64,000 nt of DNA, from the NCBI GenBank assembly GCA_032718475.1, contig JAUCBJ010004375.1:1-64000 (forward strand), read 5' to 3'. The position numbers and the translations under genes are program-made. Below the pieces are notes generated by a model. The model did no database searches, was not told the origin of the DNA, and worked only from the letters and a program-made list of their open reading frames with translations. Of the stretch, positions 40,132 to 51,899 are shown piece by piece (positions within the stretch are counted from its first letter, which is position 1; the number at the start of each line of letters is the position of its first letter). This stretch comes from Nemertoderma westbladi. Lineage: Eukaryota > Animalia > Xenacoelomorpha.

Positions 40132-42334
40132 TGTTACGGTATATGGCGCTGTATCCATATTATTAGTCATCATGCAGTATGCAATATTAGTCCGTTATGC
40201 AGTATGCAATATTAGTCCGTTATACTGTATGTAATATTAGTCCGTTGTGCAGCATGATATTTTAGATAAGGCATAATAACGCAGTGGTATTTAGATAGGG
40301 AAATCGAAACACCCATATATTTGAATCCATCCATTTTGTATAGTATGTAGCCCTACCTACGTAATTTTGTATTAGGTTATATGTAGATAGTTCCAGGGTA
40401 AGTTTATTCGGACCCTGGATTCCGTGCTTGCTGATATTAGTTTTAGTAGGGCTAGCATATAGGGACGCTGTCCTGGCCATTCAGCAGCCAGAGACGTGAA
40501 CCATTACCATATATGGTAATAATTCGAGGAAGGGGAGCAAATAGGGCTACAATCCGGCCTCCTTATTGGACTAGCTGCTTCCAGGTTGGTCTAGTGCTAG
40601 CACGGACTGGAGAGCCAATAAGAAAGCGATTGAGTCACCCTATTGCATCACCCCATCCGGATCACCTATAAATTGGCGGTGTGCCGGTAGAGCCTCACTC
40701 TTATCACATGACACCTAGCCTTAGCACCTGTCTTACTGTTTTTCTTGATACTTGTATTTTTCTGCAATTTGCTAATTTGATTAATTTCTTGGAATGATTT
40801 GCTAGTGCGATTACTCTTGCTTGTGTTTCTCAATTAATTCCTGTCGATTACTGCTAATTACAACTGAACTATGATTTCTACCTTTTGATTAATGGTTCTA
40901 TGTGATTCTTTTCTGCGCAATAATCCTAAGGGATTCCTGAGACTGTCAGACTTTGTGATTTGCATGCGCCGCTACGGTAGCTATTAGCATAATGGAGGGC
41001 TAAGGCGCCAGTGGGCGGTGGGCACATCGGGGGGTTGAGCGACTAAGGGAGAGCAGAGGATTCAAAGGCAGGCAACGCTGGCGGGGGTCAACGTTGCGGT
41101 CGGGCAACTTGCGTGCAACGGGCAGACCTATCGCCGGTACAGTAATTAGGGGGCTGATGATCCAGGTTTCGTCTCTATTTAGTATTAGGGGGCAGGAATC
41201 AGGTTAGTTAGGAGTCCCATATGTACCCGTGAGAGGCCTGCACGTGTTACAGCGTATTAGAGCGTACAACGTTAAATGTAGAGTACGAATAGTGAGTCGC
41301 ATAATTGTGGACTATACAGTAGTTAACTGCATAATTGCGAACTGTAATTTCTGACGCTGATTGGTGTGTTATTGAAGTGTGCCTATGATTATGAATGTTT
41401 AGGTAGGCGCCCCCCTTTTCTTTGATTGATTTCTATTTCTTAGTTACAATAATTGGTTACTGATTAGGTCAAAGTAATACGGCAAAATTAGGCTATTACT
41501 AGCGAAACTTGTTGCGTAATAAATTAGAATTACGTATTCTGGAACTCTTAGTAATTAGTACGCTGTTAAATATTTGTGACTGTAATTAATTAGTAAAAAT
41601 TAAGAATTAGTACGCAGCATAGCGGAGAGTAGCTAAAGTAATAATTAGAGTACTGTAAACTATTCACGCTGAGCGGTTATTTGCATTAGCGGGCAATCAG
41701 CTAGATTGTACTATTCGGTACGCACGATACGCTAGTAATTTGCTGGTCTAAAGCCAGCTGCAGGCGATTTTAGACCCGGAGTGATGTTATTTACGTAGGA
41801 ACAGATACTGTACCGTTTTGATATTTAAATATTCTCGCATTCACACATTACGTTAGGGAACCTCCAGTATTCGCGATTAGAAAGACGTAGGTAATAGCGT
41901 GCTTTAATAGTGATAAAATTAGGCGTAAGAATACTCTGAGTGCAAGGCCTCTCGCACTCGTCTTAAGTAAGCTTAGGGAGCCGACTCGGGTTTATTGTTT
42001 TGGTTATTCCCGCGTGGCTCATAGATTCGAACAGTTAGCTCTCTATCGAGCGATCGGTAGAGAAAGGAACAAGCGATTTTGCAGGAGTTGTGTAAATTTA
42101 GTAAATATATTAGCGTACGGCAGATTAGCGCCATCTAACGATAAGTAGCGGTTTTGTATTTAGCAACCCTTACAATTTAGTAATATCACGCTCCTGATCC
42201 CCTTTACTTAACAGTAGAGCAGTTTTGTGTCTTATTGGTTAGACGAGAACTTATTAGATTGGCAGAAGGATATCAACGGGTATTGGTCTGTTCAACAGTT
42301 CTGCTGTTAGTATAGAGGTCGCGGTTGTTTATCA
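40132..42334 (+). repeat. 5' LTR of element D
   Basis: CCAAT near 40615, TATAAA at 40667-40672, AATAAA at 41518-41523, 25-bp tandem repeat x3 at about 40171-40250. Confidence 0.96.
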
Positions 42335-42346
42335 GTAACACGTGCA
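42335..42346 (+). promoter_or_regulatory. Non-tRNA primer-binding site of D (GTAACACGTGCA)
   Basis: Abuts the 5' LTR end. Exact reverse complement of LTR 41239-41250 (TGCACGTGTTAC). Confidence 0.78.
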
Positions 42347-43525
42347 TTTATTGGCTGTTGCTTGCAGCAGTCGATAGTGTATTCTTAGGCTGATTAGTAG
42401 TATCATAGTATTAGGCAATAAATTAGAGCACGTGATCGTCTGCTGTAGGCTATAGGCTAGCGTACGGTAAGACATTGAGCATATTCCTTTAGGTTGTTAG
42501 TTTAGATTACTGTATTCACTGGCTGCGTACAATAGTACAGTAGTACATTAGGCTGATTGCTGTTACTGCGTACGGTAGAAGGGACATTTGTTTTGCCGTA
42601 CCACACATACAGTATCATTAGGCTGTTAGGTTGGTGTACTGTTTTACTTACTGTACTGCATACGGTGGATGTACGGTAGTGCGTTTTGCTAATTGCGAAT
42701 ACAGCAGTTCCTTAGGCCTTAGGGCAAATTGTAATTAGTAAGTTTTTTGAAATTTTTAGCTAGGTTTGCGAGAATTCAGTTTCGGTCAAAATTATTTTGT
42801 AAAATTCTAGAGTTTTTGTACCGGTATGTTAGGTAACCGCTTAGTTATTTTATACCATCTGGAGATACATGGCAAGACGGAACTTCTGAGTTTGGGGTTC
42901 GTGTGGGTCTGCGGGTTCGGTTTGCAATCAGCGGAGAGCCTGAATCTTTGGACGCGGACGTGGAATCTCACAGCAAACAAGGTTAGTTGTTCTGTTGGCA
43001 CCAATGTGTTTGTGGAAGCAGTAAAAAATTATCGGTTGTTTAACTGCGAAGCTGAACTCAATTTATTAGTTAGGATATTTAGGTTTAGCCGGCCATGGTT
43101 TTTTGAATCGCTCAAGTTAGAGAGAGAGTTAGAGAGAGTCGCAACCCGAAGATGTAGCCACGCGCTAGTGGATACATATAATATTTGAAACTAAAATTAC
43201 GTTGATTAGAGCTATATATAAAATTAGAAATATTCGGGCGGCAAGTTTATTTTGAATATTTTGTATTAGATTCAAAGTTATTTTGTGCTATACCGGTATT
43301 TAATGCTATATAGTAGCTATATAATAATATTTTTGTTTAAATATTGTGTTAGTATTTGCTATAACTATATACCCCATTAAATTCACAATATTGCATTGCG
43401 AATTTATTTGACATTTGGACCAACTGATTATTAGACAAATAATTTGACCGTATTTCGGTTAAATTATAATAATATCTCGAACTTTTGCGAGATAATTTTG
43501 CCGGAAGGCAAACATTATTTAGACT

Positions 43526-46500
43526 ATGAGTGTCTCAGACAAAGAGGCACTAGAGGACAGCTACGAGACGGCGGCTGGACCGCCGACTGACGATAGCGTC
43601 AATATTACTGTTGACGACAATGCCGACTATGACGACGCAGCGAGCGACGCTGACGTAAGTGAACAGGAGGACGAGACAGTGACTAGTGAGGAAGAACAAC
43701 AACCTCAAGTAATAGTATTAGGATCCCCTACCGCTACTGATAGGAAGGACTGTACGGCAGCCCGGACAGAGGTGAGTGATAGGGAGAGTAGTGTAGCAGA
43801 AGCGAGAGCCCGGAGCCCGGTTTCCAGACCTGTGGGTATGGTAAGTGCCGTGGTCCCGACGGCTGTAAGGAGTACCCGTAGTTCCCGAAATAATCCTTCA
43901 AGTCCACCGAGTGTAAGTCAGGTAAGTGATAGAGAGTTCGACACTGCGATGAAGAAGAAACTTCGCGCGCATGCCGGACATATAACCCGGACGGCGGACA
44001 AGGTAAGGAAAATGTTAGCTGACTCAGCGAACATCGGGAGGGTAGAGTTAGCAGAGATTAGAAGAGAATATAACTCAGCGTTATTCAAGCAGACGGAGGA
44101 GCTTGCAGTCCTAGCAAAGAAGGCAGTAGAGTCTCAGTCGAGCGACGTGGCGACGAGGATTTACGACAGGGTTTTAGCAGCCTTGTTGGAGCACCGCGAG
44201 TTATCGGAGCGATTCCGACGAGTTAGGACGGAAAACTGGCTGCTATGGGCATCACAAATGCAGGCGACTCAGGTGAGTGACGCAAAGTTAAGAGACTTAG
44301 TGGAGCGAGAAGAGATCCAAGATAAAGAGGAGCGCCGTTATCAAAGGGAAGTTACTAGCTGGTTGATGCAGAATGGAGTGGTGGTACCGGGTCAGGTGCT
44401 ACCAACCACGGAGAACATCCAACAGAGGACGTTGACTCCACCTGATGACGCATCTAGAGACAGCGGCGATTCCCAGGTTAGTCACGCGCGAGGTAAGGTA
44501 ATATGTGCTAGATCCCTTGTTTCGCACAACTCGGCGGAGGAGAGAAGACGCCGACTGGACGAACAGCAGGCGGAAGTTTTGTGTGCATCGGAAGCACGGA
44601 AGGAAGCTGAGCGGGAACGGGAACGAACACGTAAGTTAGACGCGAAGTTGCGCGAACTGGAAGATAAAGGTAAGCGTGAGCGAGCGGAACGCGAGCAGAA
44701 GGAACGCGAACTTCAACTTGAACGCGAACGCAAGGAACGCGAACTCGAACTTGAACGCGAGCAGAAGGAACGCGAACTCCAGCTCGAACGCGAACAGAAG
44801 AAACGTGAACTCGAACTTGAACGCGAACGTAAGGAACGCGAACTCGAGATCGAAAAGGAGCGACAAGCGTTGTATGAAGAAAGGGCGCGTGTGGAAGAAG
44901 AGGGCGCAGCGAGACGAGCGAGGGAAGAAGAAGAACGTAAACTGGCGCAGTTGGAAAGTGCGAGATTAAGTTTAGAGAGCGAAGAACGGACTAGGAAGGC
45001 GAATGAAATCGCCGAGAAGGGGATGCGAATGATCGAAGAATGTGGGGCGAGTGTAGGGACTGAGTTGCGAGAACTGTTCGCACTGCAGAAGGCCGAACAG
45101 GAAGCGAGAACTCCGACCATACGCGAGTCGACGACGACCAGAATTCCTATACCCGGTCCAGCTATTACGAGTACACGGATCGCTAAACCATTCTCTACAT
45201 ATCGCACGCCAGTTGGTATTAGTGCTTCACCCATCGCGCAGAATCCACGTCATCGGAACACCGCACCACTATACACCGAACGAGAGAATGAAGAGTTTAG
45301 AGAAACTCCGACGGGACGAGTACTTGGCGAACCGAACCCGCGGGTTTGGAATACGCGGACGGAGCGCCGACCCAGTTCGACGGAGAACTTCCGGGTTAAA
45401 CCGGAAGAGGGATCATATGAGAGACAGCGGATTACTCAGATAGAGCCGACTATACAACAGAACCCTAGCCAGGAATTTATTACGAGGGATGAGTTAAGTG
45501 CTAGTTTAGCGCAAGCTATATCGCCGCACATCCAACCTATAACGGACATGCTTAGCAACCTACGGTTAAAGGAAGCAGCCCAGGTAAGAAGTAATTCTAA
45601 TCCCAGCAGGCCTGAGTTAGATAAAGTACAGCCTAGTCAACGAGTACGCATATCGGAGGAGACTATACCACATAGACCTCAGGTAAGGACGCCTGTCCCG
45701 AATATTCATAATCCCAATTTCGAAAACTCAGCCGAGAAATTTATTCAGGAGGCTTGGGTCAGGGCCTCGGGGCGCAAACCATCGCGAGCGCTAAGGACTG
45801 ACACCGAGTCAAGTGATGAAGAGGAAGAAATGAGACGTCAGAAGTCCCGAAACTATAAGGAAAGAAGGACCGACGCGGAGCAGGTAAGTTGGAACCACCG
45901 GGAAAGGACCAGACTTAACAACCCTGCGGAACTAAACCATTTGTTAACCCGGAACGACGCAACCCTTAGGGACATAGGTAAGTTTGCTGCTAGGCAAGGA
46001 CTGCCGACGCAACAACCCCAGAAGTTTATGGGCAACCATAAACACTGGAGGACTTTCAAAACCTATGTCGACGAGCAGCTAACCAACAGCACCTTTACTC
46101 CCAACGAGAAGTTCAACTATTTGCTTCAGATGCTCCATCGAGAACCTAGAGCCATTGCTGATAACTTCGTCGGCAATGAGAGAGCATTTGAGTTAGCGAT
46201 GAAGACGCTTAGTGACATCTACGGGAATAAAACCAAGATGGCGCAGTCAATAGTAGAAGACTTGGGTAAGGGCGGAAGGATTACAACTCCGTTAGAGCTG
46301 TTGAACTTAGCGAACGCTATTTCGAACGCATTGGATATCTTGAAGACGGTGAATCTACCTCATCATGGTGATCACGCCGAGGTTTTGAAAGGCGTAATAA
46401 GACATTTAAACATGCGTTATCGACAGAAATGGCGCAAATTAGAGAATAAGTTGGAGGGCCAAGGTAAAGTATTGACACTTCAGCATATTCATGACATGAT

Positions 46501-49500
46501 AGCCACAGACGCAGTAGCAGAGATGAAATCAAACTTCTCAGAAGAGAATATGAGGGAGTCTAAACCTGTTACCGGTAAGTCTATGGTAAGTTTTGACGAT
46601 GACAGGACCACTGTGACATTTAACTCAGTAGACAGATATAATTCGAATACCCCAGCCTTTAGATCAGACTCGCGAGTATGGTCAGGTGAGCGGTTAGATA
46701 GACCTAGGTTAAAGCAACAGGAGTTGCCGGATGGATTTGTAGGTTGCCAATACTGTTTACTAAAGGAGGTAAGATCTGACGACCATAAGTTGGATAGTTG
46801 CAGACGGTTCAAAGAATTAAATTCGGAACAGAGAAGAGTTCAAGTGCGGACGTTGGACACCTGTTGGGCATGTCTTGCGCCAGGTCATGTACGGCGGCAG
46901 TGCCCGAACAGCAAGGACGGATGCATGGAATGCGGCAGACTACATCACAAGTTGCTACATGCGGATTTCCACACCCCAACGGACCGTTACTTACAGCGAA
47001 ATCCTCACAGGAAGGGGAGCAAAGAACCCGTATCGATAAGAAGGAATACGTACACTGGCATCCAGGACGATGGTTATCAACCAGGTTCGTCGGACGAGGA
47101 TGGCGAGTCGAGCGCGAGAGAAGTGACCTGCCAAGGTTTCACCGCGGATAGTTCATCGACCAGCGCGCGGACGTATTTATCATCGGCCACGTCGGAAATA
47201 TTTAGCGTGATTCCGGTGAAACTCACTGGCGATAAGGGATCGAAGCGAATATATGTGATGTTGGACACTGCGTCCACATTATCCTATATCGACGAGGAAG
47301 TGGCGAGAGCTGTTTCTAGCTTCCAGAACGCCGAGGAGATCCAAATAGAGTTGAAGTCTATGCACGGGGTAGGAGACCTCAAGGGACACAGAATTTCGGT
47401 AGAACTAGATTCCCTACTTCCGAGAGACCAGCATACTCGACAAGAACGGAAAGCTTTGCCATTGGACGGATTTAAGTGTCTAGCTATGAAGGGATTCGGC
47501 AGGCAGTTAGGTAAGGTGCCGCTGATGAGTCCCATAGCACAGGAGTATTTTGACAAGCTCAGGATACCCAGACACCAGGTAGGTTATAGGAATGTTTCTA
47601 TGTTAATTGGTGCAGAACAGCTGATCGCACACCAGATATGGGAAACGAGACCAGCTGAGCCGCATGTCAATGGACCGCATGCCCATAGGACTATATTAGG
47701 TTGGTATACACGAGTACCCATGTCTTATGAGTTTACAGGTGGCGACAAGCCAATGGATAGATACGACGAATTACAGCCTATAACCCAACCACCGTTAGTA
47801 GAACCACCAGACATAGACGAGTTTAGGAGAACCTGTATTGACCACTATAGTGACTTTAGCGAGTCGGACGAGGAGTTGATTCCCGATAATGTTAGGTTGT
47901 CGGAACCACTTCACAACGACCGGACAGATAGTGAACCCGAGGACTACTGTTATCAGACCCGTGGGTCTGGTTCAGCGGCCCACGCTACCTATTTGACTAA
48001 CGTTTTGACTTATACAGACATAGTGGAGGGTCAAGTGGCTAAATATCGAGACCTAGACATTTTCCAATACAGTGAGGAGGAATTACAGAAGGAATTGATA
48101 CGCCAGGACCTCGAGACAGGAGCCAGAACCGTCGAATGGCTGGATAGGGACGCAATGGAACCCGGTGGATATGACCTAGTCATGTCTACTGATGAGAAAC
48201 GGTCGTTGGAGATGATGGAAGACACCATACGTCTACTACCGACTGGACATTTTGAAGTTGGAATGTTGTGGCGTCGACAACCACCTAAGTTGGAGAACAA
48301 CTACAATTTAGCCTTGAAAAGATTAAACGGAGTAAGGGCTCGGTTGTTGAGGAATCCAGACATTAGGGAGAAGTATTGCGCCCAGATCAACAACTATTTC
48401 GCCAAGGGATTTGCTGGGAAGGTAGAGGACCCTGACTTAGTGACAGACCAGACTTATTACCTTCCACACCACTATGTGACTCACCCTGACAAGCCAGACA
48501 AAGTCCGAGTAGTCAACGACTGCGCAGCAGTCTATAGAGGTATGTCCCTGAATTCAGAGTTGATGGATGGTCCCAACCTGAACAACTATTTGATTGGAAT
48601 ACTGTTGCGTTTTAGACAGCGGCGATTCGCATTTACTTGTGACATCGAGGCGATGTTCCACCAGGTAAGAGCCTGTAAGGCAGACCAGGATAGCCTTCGC
48701 TTTCTCTGGTACGAGAATGAAGACTTATCCGGCCCAGTGGTTACATACCAAATGTACGTTAGGATATTTGGCGCCCGCGATAGTCCGAACGGCACGCTGT
48801 TTGTTCTAAAGAAAACGGCAACAGCCCAGATTGGTAAGTACCCAGTAGAGGTTATCGAGTCCATCTTGAGAAACTTCTATATGGACGACGGATTGGTGTC
48901 CAAGGACACAGCGGAACAAGCCATAGAAGTGGCTCATGGCCTGCAAGAGTGCTTGGCTACAGGGGGTTTTCCTCTAACCAAGTTCACTACTAACTCGGAG
49001 GCCCTATTAGAGTCGTTCCCGGTGAAAGATCGCGGGAGCGGAGACATAGAATTGGGGGTAGAACCAATCCCCATGGCGCGAGTACTGGGACTCGCTTGGA
49101 ACCCGAACTCAGACAAGTTCCAGGTAAGAGTTAGATTTGAGCCCAGTAGCCCAGACAAAGTTTTGACTAAGAGGATTTGCTTATCGACATTGAGTAGACT
49201 ATTTGACCCGATGAACTTTATCAGTCCGGTTATATTACAGGCACGAGCGTGCATGAGGAAAATTTGGTTGTCCGACGTAGAGTGGGACGAACCAATATCT
49301 CCTATACATGCAAAGCAGTGGAGGGAGTGGGAAGCCGAGTTGCATCTATTGAAAAATATAGATGTACCCCGTTCCTACTTTCCGAATCAGCTGGTATTTC
49401 CAGCTGATTTAGAGCTGCATCTGTTCAGTGACGCAAGTGACACCGGCTTTGGTATGGTAGCCTACCTTCGCCGAGAGGTAAGTCAGGACAAGTTTGAGAC

Positions 49501-51899
49501 GGCCTTTGTGACTTCTAGATCAAAGACAATGCCGGTCAAATACATGACTGTCCCTCGTGCAGAGTTACAGGCGGCTGTAGTTTCAGTCGAGGTAAGTAAG
49601 CAAATAACTGAGGAGTTAGACACGACATTGACCTTATTCTATTGGACGGACGCATCCTTGGTTTTAGTATACATTGCGGCCGACAATATTGCACTAAAGA
49701 CATTTGTGGCCAATAGACGCGCTCAGATCGTTGATTTTTCGACGAAGGAACAGTGGAGACATTGTCCGGGAGTGTTGAACCCGGCCGACATAACTTCGAG
49801 AGGTGCAATGCCGGCGGAATTCTGTCAGGAAGAGTCGCAGGAGTTTTGGTTGCATGGACCTGATTTTCTAACGAGGACACAGGAACATTGGCCAGAGCGA
49901 CTAAAGATAGTGACCAATCCGATGCCTGAAGATGCAGAAGTCAAAGTGGAGAAAGTCTCTAAGTCGAAGTCTAAAGCCAAACTTGAGTCATTGGAGCGGC
50001 CCGAAGAGTCATTGGAGCGGCCTGAAGAGTCATTGGAGCGGCCTGAAGAGTCATTGGTGCGGCCTGAAGAGTCATTGGAGCGGCCCGGAGACCTGTCAGA
50101 CCAACAGACTTACGTGACTACTAGGTCCGGAAGGGTAAGTTATGACATCAAACCACCCTTACAGACTAAACCGGAGTCACAATTGGTAAGTGACGGACAG
50201 AAAATGACCGACACAATGGAGTCTTTGGTTTCCAAACCTGCGGGTTTGGATTCGAAACTTCCATTAGTTAGCGGACAACCGTCACTGGCATTAGAGTCAT
50301 GCAGTGTTTATGACAAATTACTAAATTCGTCTGCCTCTTGGCTGACAATTTGTAAAAGAACTGCGTGGTTAAGCCGATACATTTTGTACCTTTGTTTAAA
50401 ACATTCGAAACATTTGAGAGAACCATTGAGCACCAATAGTGAGCGAATTCGGAAATTGAAACAACCTCTGACAGAGGATGAGATTGATCAAGCGGAATTA
50501 AGGCATTTGAAACATTATCAAATGTGTGCCTTCCCTAAAGAATTCCATCTATTATCGGCTCAACGACCAGTTCTCTATGAACCCCTTAGAAAATGGAGTC
50601 CATTAATCCATAAGGGTTTAATTTGTCATAGATCGAGAATCCAGACTGTCGACATAAACTCACAGTTTAGGTTCCCAGTGATAATCCCTAGTCACCCAAT
50701 AGAATTGCAAAGAGCGATTCTATGGGATATACACAAGAGGTTACATCACGCGGGAAGGTTACACTGTTTGTCGACTGTTTGTTAGACAGCGATTCATTCT
50801 ATTGCAGCCAAGCAGGGCAGTCGGCACTATGTATGACGCCTGTCTGGTTTGCAAGAGAGTGAACGCCAGAGTATTGGAACAGGAGATGGCTGAACTCCCG
50901 GAAGCGAGAGTGCAGGCATATGACCCACCCTTTACGAACACAGGGGTGGATTGTTTTGGTCCGATTGAAGCAAAGAGTGGACGGCTGACCCACAAACGAT
51001 GGGGTCTGCTACTGACATGTATGGCTAGTAGAGCCATACACATCGAGCGTGTGGCAGACATGTCGACCAAATCTCTGCTCCTGGCCTTGAAGAGATTTAT
51101 GGCCAGGAGAGGACTAGTAAAGGCGTTCTACTCCGATAAGGGTACAAACTTTGTCGGAGGGAATAGCGAGTTGAACGCGGCTCATAAAGTAGCACAGAAT
51201 AAGGAAATTTCTGTAGCACTTTTGCCGCAACGAGTAGAATGGAGATTTAATACTCCAGAGAGTCCTTGGAGAGGAGGAAGTTGGGAGCGTTTGGTTCGCT
51301 CTGTGAAGCAGGCCATTGCCAAAACATTGCCTGTGAACAAACAACTTACCGACGACGAACTGGTTACAGCTTTCATTGAAATCGAGCATACCCTAAACTC
51401 GAGGCCGATAGCTATGTTGCCAGACGGTGTTGCATTAACGCCGAATCATTTGCTAATGCAGAGTCCAGCATTTCTTGTGCCGGCATCAGAACCCATTAGT
51501 GCCGACCTATATAGTCGTAAAAGCTGGAAAGTGACTCAATTAGTAGCGTACACATTCTGGGAATATTGGCGGGAATACTATCTTCCCACCATATCCACCA
51601 GAACAAAGTGGTACAAAACGGTTCGGAGTCTCCAAAGGGGAGATTACGTGTTGATAACCGAACCCATTGTCAAGAGAAAGTATTGGGAGACTGGAGTGAT
51701 CTTGCACACACACCCAGACGTGCAAAACATAGTGCGCACAGTCACTGTGAAAATTAGGTGCAAGTGTCCGCACCCAAAAAAGTGTAAAACTAATGGTTTA
51801 CACACCTTGGACCGACCGGTCCAAGATATCGTGTTATTAGAGGAGACACGTATCGAGACGGGAGATTATAATTTGTCTCCTGCCTCAAAACAGAGTTAG
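43526..51899 (+). pseudogene. Element D gag-pol polyprotein (Gag, PR, RT, RH, IN) broken by one 4-bp duplication
   Basis: The 2419-aa ORF has MLDTAS, FYMDD, LFSDAS and NPADITSRG. The integrase ORF 50802-51899 is in another frame. TGTT is duplicated at 50776-50783, and removing one copy restores HCLSTVRQRFILLQPS (A has HCLSFLRNRFVLIKPS). Confidence 0.95.

Noticed and set aside
40132-40173. N-terminus MMTNNMDTAPYTV of the 1664-aa ORF
   Set aside because: Chimeric: it reads out of the antisense D LTR. The true upstream coding sequence is at 60414-62275.
40930-40952. GAGACTGTCAGAC as a group I intron P7 element
   Set aside because: No matching S/P7' strand or P4-P6 core could be placed by eye. 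Kept only as part of the unassigned structured domain.
41154-41175. CTGATGA...GTTTCGTC as a hammerhead ribozyme
   Set aside because: No stem II followed by GAAA in the right order, and the solo LTR has CTGACAA at this position.
50776-50802. Programmed ribosomal frameshift between pol and integrase
   Set aside because: Explained by a 4-bp duplication inside the HHCC region. Element A is continuous here.
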